Below are positions 55,436 through 64,000 of a stretch of DNA of 64,000 nucleotides, piece after piece. Below the pieces are notes generated by a model that saw only the letters and a list, made by a program, of their open reading frames with translations, did not search any database and had not been told where the DNA came from. Position 1 is the first letter of the stretch. Each line of letters opens with the position of its first letter. Source of the DNA: Cirrosporium novae-zelandiae (lineage: Eukaryota). The DNA lies in the NCBI GenBank assembly GCA_026023565.1, contig JAPETS010000007.1, positions 434,001-498,000 on the forward strand. The letters run 5' to 3'. The position numbers were made by a program, and so were the translations under genes.

Positions 55436-56876
55436 AATCGAAAAAACCCAAATAACCGAAAAAAATAATAATACCCCCAAAATAACAGGCTCTCAGCGAG
55501 GCGCTAGCGCAGGGCTGGAAAAATGTATACTAGTCAGACGGATTTAAATTAAAAAATCGCAAGATAGGAACGGGAATAACCTAAAAAATAACCGAAAAAT
55601 TTTTATAAATAATACGGAAATATTATTTAAATTAAAATAAAAAAATATTCGATATAAAATTTTAGAAAATATAAATAATTTTATAAATAATAATTAAAAC
55701 GTATTTAAATGATTATAAAATTTTTAAAAAAAAAATAATAATATTATTTAATTCGTAAATAATTATTAAACGGATCGAAAAAAAAAAATTAAAAAAAAAT
55801 TAAATAATCGTATAAAAAATATACAAATATATTAAATATTTAATCAATTAAAAAACGAAAATTATTATTAAATAAATTTTAAAATATTATAAAATATTAA
55901 AAAACGAAATAATAAATTAAATAATTAAAATAAATATAATATTAAAAAATAATAAAATAATTAAATAAATTTCGTTAATTTATATAATCCGTAATATAAC
56001 GGAAAAATAAATTATAAAAATATATAATTAATTATATAATTAATTATATAATTAAAAAATAAAAAAATCGTTTAATAAATTATATTAAATATATACGAAA
56101 TATAAAAAAAATCGGGTATTAAAATACGCGTTTAAAAAATTAGTAAATAGATTTTATTAAATAAAAACGGAATACGCCGTTACTAAAAAATATATATATC
56201 GTACGAAAATTATTATTATTCTAAAATATTAATAATATAAAACCCTGTATTAAAACGTTTTTTATTTAATATTAATATATCCGCGCTAAAAAACGGTTAA
56301 AACCCGATAATAAAAAATAATAAAAAAATAAAAAAACTAATAATTTAATATAATCGAAAAAAAAAAATTAGTATTTATATTAAAAAATCGAAAATTTTTT
56401 AAAAATTAAATACGTTTTTTAAATAATACGGAAATAAAAAAATCTTAATTTTAAATTAAATATAAAACGGAAAATCGTAAAACGTATCTAAATTAAAAAT
56501 AGATAGAACCCGGATATAAAAAAAAAAAAACCCAGATATAAATATTAAATAAAAATTAGATCCGTAATAAATACGTAGGATAAACGTATACGTAAATAAA
56601 AATTAAAAAAATTGAAAATAAATACGAATAAATTTATTTATAAATTACGAACACCGAAATAATATTAAAAAATTATCCGATTAAATAAATTAAATAATTC
56701 TAAAAAACCTAAAAAAAGGGGGAAATTATATAGCCGAATCAGAGGGATAACCCCCACTATTTTAGTTAAAAATAAGCCCGAAAAAAGATACGAAAAAGCC
56801 TAAAAACCCCCGAATAAAGTCCGTCATAGTTTCTAAGCGATATATAGATATAAAACAATGAATAATCATTATCATC
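55436..56876 (+). mobile_element. Tad-like LINE copy T, 3' segment
   Basis: Resumes after the TSD of U. Tail aacaatgaataatcattatcatc at 56854-56876. Confidence 0.9.
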
Positions 56877-57474
56877 ATATAAAATACGAATAAAATTTTA
56901 AAATATAATAAAATCTAATTTAAAACGTTCTATATATTATAATAATAAAATTTTTATAAAATAATAAAAATAATCCGATATTATTTTTAATTAAAATATT
57001 ATTCGATATAATAAAAATATATTTAAAAAATATTATTATTTAAATCCGGAAAAACCGATAAAATATTAATTAAAAATTACAAAATAATAAATTTATTATA
57101 TTATTTAAATAAAATAATCGAAAAAATTATAATTAATACGTTAATAAATATATACAAAAATCTAAATAAATTATATAAAAATTAATTTAGATCGAAATAT
57201 AATTAAAATATAATTAATACGTTTATATATTTAATATATTAAATAAAAAAAAATTTAATCGAAAATAAATAATTTATATTTTATTTATAAATATTAAAAA
57301 AACGTTCGATTATATATTATAATTTAAATTAATATAATATTTAAAATAATTAAAAATCGATAAAAAATATTATTAAATAAATAATTAATTTTATAATTTA
57401 ATAAATAATTAATTTTATAATTTAATAAAATATTAAATTAATAATTAACGGAGAAATATAATTCCGAATGAATA
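56877..57474 (+). mobile_element. Tad-like LINE fragment V (pre-RT/RT), directly after the T tail
   Basis: Matches ~11157-11700 of C. Interrupted by the tail of W. Confidence 0.8.
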
Positions 57475-57799
57475 TAATAATAATGATTATTCATTGTTTT
57501 ATATCTATATACTACTTAGAAACTATAACGGACTCTATTCGGGGGTTTTTAGATTTTTTCGTATCTTTTTTCGGGTTTATTTTTAATTAAAATAATGGGG
57601 GTTATTTTTTTAATTCGGTTATATAGTTTTTTTTTTTTTTTGGGTTTTCTAGAATTATCTGATTTATTTAATCGAATAGTTTTTTAGCGTTATTTCGGTA
57701 TTCGTAATTTATAAATAGATTTATTCGTATTTATTTTCGATTTTTTCAGTTTTTATTTACGTATACGTTTATCCCGCGTATTTATTACGGGTCTAGTTT

Positions 57800-60700
57800 T
57801 TATTTAATATCTATATCTAGGTTTTTTTTTTTCCCGTATCCGGGTTCTATTTATTTTTAATTTAGATATATTTTACGATTTTCCGTTTCGTATCTAATTT
57901 AGGATTAAAATTTCTTTATCTCCGTATTATTTAAAAAACGTATCTAATTTTTAAAAAATTTTCGGTTTTTTAATATAAATATTAGTTTTTTTTTTCGATT
58001 ATATTAAATTATTAGTTTTTTTTTTCGATTATATTAAATTATTAGTTTTTTTATTTTTTTATTATTTCCCGTAATCGGGTTTTAGCCGTTTTTTAGCGCG
58101 GATATATTAATATTAAATAAAAAACGTTTTAATATAAAACCCTATATTATTAATATTCTGGGATAATAATAATTTTCGTATAATATATATATTTTCCGGT
58201 AATAATATACCCCGTTTTTATTTAATAAAATTTATTTATTAATTTTTTAAACGTATATTTTAATATCCGATCTTTTTTATATTTCGGATATATTCGATAC
58301 GATTTATTAAATAATTTTTTTATTTTTTAATTACGTAATTAATTATACGTTTTTATAATCCGTTTTTTTATTATATTACGGATTATATAAATTAACGAAA
58401 TTTATTTAATTATTTTATTATTTTTTAATATTATATTTATTTTAATTATTTAATTTATTATTTCGTTTTTTAATATTTTATAATATTTTAAAATTTATTT
58501 AATAATAATTTTCATTTTTTAATTAATTAAATATTTAATATATTCGTATATTTTTTATATAATTATTTAATTTTTTTTTAATTTTTTTTTTTTGATTTAT
58601 TTAATAACCGTTTACGAATTAAATAATATTATTATTTTTTTTTTAGAAATTTTATAATTATTTAAATACGTTTTAATTATTATTTATAAAATTATTTATA
58701 TTTTTTAAAATTTTATATCGAATATTTTTTTATTTTAATTTAAATAATATTTTTATATTATTTATAAAAATTTTTTAATTATTTTTTAAATTATTTCTAT
58801 TTTTATTTTATAATTTTTTAATTTAAATCCGTTTAATTAATATACGTTTTTTTAATTTTACGTTAATATTTCGCTAAAAATTTATTATTTTAAAAATATT
58901 ATTATTTTTTTTAAAAATTTATTTTTTTCGGTTATTTAAATTTTTTTAATTTTAAAATTAAAATTTATTATTTTTTAGATTATTATTATAATTAAATATT
59001 AATTTAATATATTTTTTTTAATTTTTTAAATTTATTAAAAATTTTTTAACGATTATTTTTTTAATTAAATATTTACGTTTTTTTTTTTAAATATTATCGA
59101 TAATATTAGATTCGTTAAATTTTTTTCGAATTTTTAAAAATATCGAAATCTATATTTTTTTTATATAATATTTAGTATTACGTTTACGAAATATATATAG
59201 ATTTTTTATATAATTATTATTATTAAAATTAATTTATAAATTTTTATTATTAATTTTATAAATTTATTTAATAATTTTTAAAATTTTATTTAATATTTGA
59301 TTTATTTTTTTTATTAGATTTCGTATTTATATATATAAATTAATATTATCGTTATTACGATTATTTAACGTATAAATTTTATAAATAATTTATTTTAATA
59401 ATATATATATTTAATTATGTTTTCCGTACGTTTAATTTTAATTAAACGTTAAATATAATAAATTTAAAAATTAAATTTCGGATTTAATTATATATTTAAT
59501 TACCGTATATAATTTTTTTTATATTTAATTAAATAATTATCGATTCTAATTTTCGATTTTATATTTATTTAAATTTAATATTTACGTAATTTAAAAAATA
59601 TTATAATTTTAATTTTTTAAATATCGAATTCTAATTTATTTTTTTTTTTTTATTGAACCGCTATTTTCGTTATTTATTAAATAATTTTCTGGGTTTATTT
59701 ATTATTTATATAAATAATCGAGAAATTTATGTCGTACACGAATAATAAAATTTTAATTCTAAAAACCGTTTATTCTACGACTGCGAATAACCCGCTGCAA
59801 TATATTAAAAATAATATTAGAAATACGGATAATTTTTATAATACCCCCGTTTTTATATTAATTCGGGATTATATTTTTTTATCGATTATTAATTCGATAT
59901 TTTATTAAATTATAAAATTAATTATTTATTTAATAATATTTTTATCGATTTTTAATTATTTTAAACGTTATATTAATTTAAATTATAATATATAATTAAA
60001 CGTTTTTTTTACGTTTATAAATAAAATATAAATTATTTATTTTCGTTTAAATTTTTTTTTATTCGATATATTAAATATATAAATATATCGATTACGTTTT
60101 AATTATATTTTTATTTAAATTAATTTTTATATAATTTATTTAAATTTTCGTATATATTCGTTAATACGTTAATTACGATTTTTTCGATTATTTTATTTAA
60201 ATAATATAATAAATTTATTATTTTATAATTTTTAATTAATATTTTATCGGTTTTTCCGGATTTAAATAATAATATTTTTTAAATATATTTTTATTACGTC
60301 GGATAATATTTTAATTAAAAATAATATCGGATTATTTCCGTTATTTTATAAAAATCTTATTATTATAATATATAAAACGTTTTAAATTAAATTCCGTTAT
60401 ATTTTAAAATTTTATTCGTATTTTATACGTATAACGTTTTTCGTATTATTTTTTTAAATAATTATTAAACGAATATTTTTTTTATTAAAAATCGAGGTTC
60501 GGAATTTTTTAAAAATAACGGGAAAATTCGTTTTTATATAAAAATTTTTTTATTTTTAATTTTTATCGTTATTTTCCCGTTTTTTATACGGAGCGCCGGT
60601 ATCGGGTCTCAGTTTTAAAATTTATAATATTTCAATTTTTTTTATTTTTATTAAATATTTTCGGGATTTAAAAATTTATTTAAATCGTTTTTTTTTATAT

Positions 60701-61866
60701 ATATTTAAAAAAAATCGATTTATTTATTTTTTTTTTTAATTTTAATTAATTTTATAAATTTTTTAAATATTATTTTAATTTTTTTATAGATTCGGCGTTT
60801 TTATTTCGTTTTTTTAAATATTATATAATATTTATATTTTTTAACGGTATATTTAGAATTTTATTACGTTTTCGATTAAACGTATATTTATTTAGATTTT
60901 ATATATTTATTTAAAATAATTTTTAATTAAATAATAATTTTTTATATTTTATTTTTTAATTATAATTCCGTATAATTTATAATTAACGTATTTTTCGTAA
61001 TTAATTAAAATTTTTATTTTTATTTAATTTTAATTTATTATTAAAGATTTTTTAGCGTTTTTAGATTCTATAAATTCGGGATTAATTAATTTATTTTTAA
61101 ACGTTGATTTTTTTATTCGAATTAAATAAAAACGTAATTTAAATTAATTTTTAATTTATTATTTATATTATCGATTATTATATTTATTAATTATTTTTAA
61201 AACGATTTTATAATAGAATTAATTATTTTTAAATTAATTATTAAATAACGAGCCGATTTTTTTTTAAATCAAATATTTTAAATAATATCGTTTTATATAA
61301 TTAAATTCTATTTTTTTATAAACGTTATTAAAAACGCGTCGTTTACGTAAATAATTTATTTAGATTTTTATATTAAATTATAAATATTGAAATTTTTTAT
61401 TAATATTATTTTATTTTTATTAAAAATAAATCTTTATTTTATATTTTATAAAATTTTTTTATATATTTTATTATCGGTTTTATTTTTAAAAATATATATT
61501 TTTTAATTTTTAATTATAAACGTTAATTATTTTAATTAGATTTTTTATTCCCCCGTTTACGTTTATTATATTAATATTTAACGTTACGAAATAAAAATAA
61601 TTAATTAAATCGGTTTTTATAATTATTTTAAATACGCTATTTTTTCGATTTTTATATATAATAATAACCGTTTTTATAATTTTATTCCCCGTTTAGATTT
61701 TTAATTCGGATTAATAAAAATTTTATATCGAATATAATATTTTTTTTTTTAATTTTTAATTAGATTTTTATAATAATATTATATTTATTTTAATTTATAT
61801 AATCGATTTTAAAATTATAATTATTATATTATATTTTTTATAATAATTATATTATAATATTTTTAT
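57800..61866 (-). pseudogene. ORF2 pol relic of copy W (about 1340 codons ancestrally)
   Basis: Positions homologous to the ORF2 start and stop inferred in copy Q. Many RIP stop codons. Confidence 0.8.
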
Positions 61867-61899
61867 TTATAATTCGGATATATCGTTATTTATTTACGA

Positions 61900-63791
61900 T
61901 ACGGATATTACCGGTATTTTTAATATTATCGATATTTCGGATATTATTTACGTTTTTTCCCCCGTTTTTTTTTAGGATTCGGGGGTTTTTAATTTTTAAT
62001 TAAAATTTTTTAGATTTATTTTTTTTTTTAAAAAAATTAATATATAAAACGATTATATAACGTTTTTTCGATATTTTTTTTTTATATATTTTATTTCTAT
62101 TTTTCGGGTAATTAAATATTTTCCGTCCGTGGCTATATAGAGGTCTAAACAGTTTATGTATTTCAATAAAATATATATATAAGCCCCCGTATACACGGAT
62201 TTATATTCTATTATCCGATATTAATAATTTTACGTTTCGTATATTTCCGTATATATCGTGTATTTAGAGGTTTTATTTCTATATTCCAAAAATAATTTAT
62301 ATTTTAATTAAACGTATTTTAGATACGTTTTATTTATTTTTAACGTAAATTATCGGATATATCGAAATTTACGTCCCGTTAAATAATAATTTTCGATTTT
62401 TTATTTTTCGTATATTATAAACGGAAATCTTATTTTAATTAAAATAATATATTTTTTTAATATAAATCCGGTTCGTACCCGTTTTTAGCGGTATTTTTCC
62501 GGCGTTATTTATACGATTATCGTATTTCGGAATAATTAATAAATATTTTTTAGATTTTTATTTAATATAAAATTTTTAATAAATATATATTTATTATTAT
62601 ATTATTTATTTTTATTATAATTTTTAAAATTTTTTATTTATATTTAAATATTAATATATCCGTATTAATTTTTTTATCGAACGTAATTTTTAAATTATTT
62701 TTTTTATTAATATAGATTTCCCGTACCCGTAATTCAGGCGGTACGTTTAAATTAATTAAATTAGCGTTAATCGCCGTTATTATTAATATTATAAAACCCG
62801 AATATTCGGTTTTTTTTTTATTAAAAATCAGTATTTTCTGATTTTTAATTTTTATATCCCTGTTTACGGAACTAATACGTTTTTTTTTATAGGATTTGAT
62901 TATTTATTATTTTTTATTAAATTTGTCTGTTATTCTACTGGCTATTTTGATATAAATAAATCCCGTAAATTCCGGCGTTATTTTTACAGAAATCTATTTC
63001 GGGGCCTTCGGTATTAGCGATAGAGTTTTTTATTTGGCTATTTTTGCCGTTTATTAAAGGCTTTTCTGGGTTTTTTTATCCGTTTATATTATTATCCGCG
63101 TATTAGATGTTTACGATCCGGTTATTATATCCGCTCGGAATATTATTAAAAAAAATATTATTTTTTTTTTTTTTATTATTTGTTCGGGCCTAATTATCGG
63201 GGTTATATAATCTTTATTTATAGAATTTTTTATCCCGTTATACGTAATTTTTACGGTCTTTATCTGGGTCTATAATATCTGGATTATTATTATAATTATT
63301 TTTCTAATTATTAAAAATTTTTATTTAATCGTATATAATTTTTTCTAATTTTTTTTTTAAATTTTTATAATTTTATTATATCGTTTTTTTAAAATAATTA
63401 TTCGGATTTTTAAACCGAATAATATTTCCTATAATTATACCGTAAAATTATCGGTTTTTAGAATTTAATATATTTTTTCTCTGACTACGGGAAATATACG
63501 TATTATTATATATTTAGCCGTTTATTTAATTAAAATACCCCGGTTATTAATTTATTTTTTTTTAGAATTTTTTTTTTTTCGTGAAATTTTTCGACGATAT
63601 TTTTTTATTTGATCGTTTTTTTTCTAGAATAAAAATCGTAATACCGAATCGCTAGATTTTATTATAAAATTTTATTCCGGTTCGTTCGATTCGTTTTTTA
63701 AACGTTATCGTTTTTTCGTATCCGTTTAATTCTCGTTAACGGCACGTATTTTTTTAATCTCCGATATTTCTTTATTACTGTTAGATTTTAT
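61900..63791 (-). pseudogene. ORF1 gag-like relic of copy W (both boundaries inferred)
   Basis: Homologous to the knuckle-encoding part of Q near 62100-62330. The start is guessed from an ATA (possibly RIP-ed ATG) ~90 bp inside the 5' end. Confidence 0.55.
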
Positions 63792-63879
63792 AGACTTTAA
63801 ATAAACGTTAATTGTTTCGTATAACGGTCGTCACAATAGTGAATTGATTTAGTGGCGCGGGGTCACCAAAAAACGTTTT

Positions 63880-64000
63880 CTTTATCTAGTTATTTTTGCC
63901 GTCTATTGAGGGCCTTTCTGGGTTTTTTTATCCGCTTATATTATTGTCCGCGTACTAGATACCTACGATCCGGCTATTATATCCGCTCGGGGTATTATTA
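63880..64000 (-). mobile_element. Tad-like LINE fragment X (ORF1 region), weakly RIP-ed, running off the window
   Basis: Matches 63028-63148 of copy W with more C/G retained. Confidence 0.85.

Larger units (their letters stand above)
57475..63879 (-). mobile_element. Tad-like LINE copy W, full length (~6.4 kb)
   Basis: Tail taataataatgattattcattgtttt at 57475. 5' terminus ggtcgtcacaatagtgaattgatttagtggcgcggggtcaccaaaaaacgtttt at 63826-63879. Confidence 0.93.
1..64000. other. RIP-mutated AT-rich heterochromatic repeat block (candidate centromere/pericentromere)
   Basis: No intact ORFs. Copies of the same repeat differ almost only by C>T/G>A transitions. CA/TG is depleted, TA is enriched and CG survives. 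A-rich versus T-rich skew flips with element orientation. Confidence 0.9.

Noticed and set aside
123..55480. All ORFs in the supplied six-frame track as functional genes
   Set aside because: They are 60-98 aa and all lie within LINE relics. Most are antisense or low-complexity frames. Several (44145-44345, 45049-45255, 45349-45603, 43411-43593 and the start of 32002-32190) are fragments of dead ORF1/ORF2.
1..64000. Organelle, endosymbiont or Plasmodium-like AT-rich genome, or an alternative genetic code
   Set aside because: No tRNA/rRNA or long ORFs. Stops map to Trp/Gln codons hit by transitions and vary between copies, as expected from RIP.
1..64000. CRISPR array or regular satellite
   Set aside because: Recurring motifs are homologous positions of kb-scale LINE copies. 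There is no constant repeat with unique spacers and no fixed period.
1..64000. Naming the element (e.g. Neurospora Tad, VdLTRE9, MGL, CgT1) or the host species
   Set aside because: The domain layout supports a Tad-like assignment only. Identity needs a database comparison I cannot run.

Overview
This window is a gene-free, extremely AT-rich block (roughly 85-90% AT by eye, not computed) from a filamentous ascomycete genome. It consists almost entirely of transposon relics destroyed by repeat-induced point mutation (RIP). CpA/TpG is nearly gone, TpA is abundant, and most surviving C/G sits in CpG. About 95% of the window is roughly 20 pieces of one ~6.4-kb Tad-like non-LTR retrotransposon (LINE). 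Its 5' end is AAAACGTTTTTTGGTGACCCCGCGCCACC and its 3' end is ...AACAATGAATAATC(ATC)n. ORF1 is gag-like with Cys/His knuckles. ORF2 carries APE endonuclease, RT, RNase H and a C-terminal zinc finger, and is readable only after reversing C>T/G>A changes. Target-site duplications (TSDs) of 13-16 bp resolve the copies into a LINE-in-LINE nest at least 5 layers deep. The nest sits on older RIP-ed Ty3/Gypsy pol relics. Notable features: head-to-tail copies enclosed by a single TSD with a poly(A) filler (possible RT template jumping), a ~1.1-kb bipartite/chimeric derivative, GC-rich RIP-escape islands at insertion edges, and two LINE subfamilies ordered by nesting depth. The block looks like centromeric or pericentromeric heterochromatin (inference). 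No intact genes, RNA genes or CRISPR arrays were found. Element labels A-X are my own, and boundaries were read by eye (about +/-10 bp, worse where stated).
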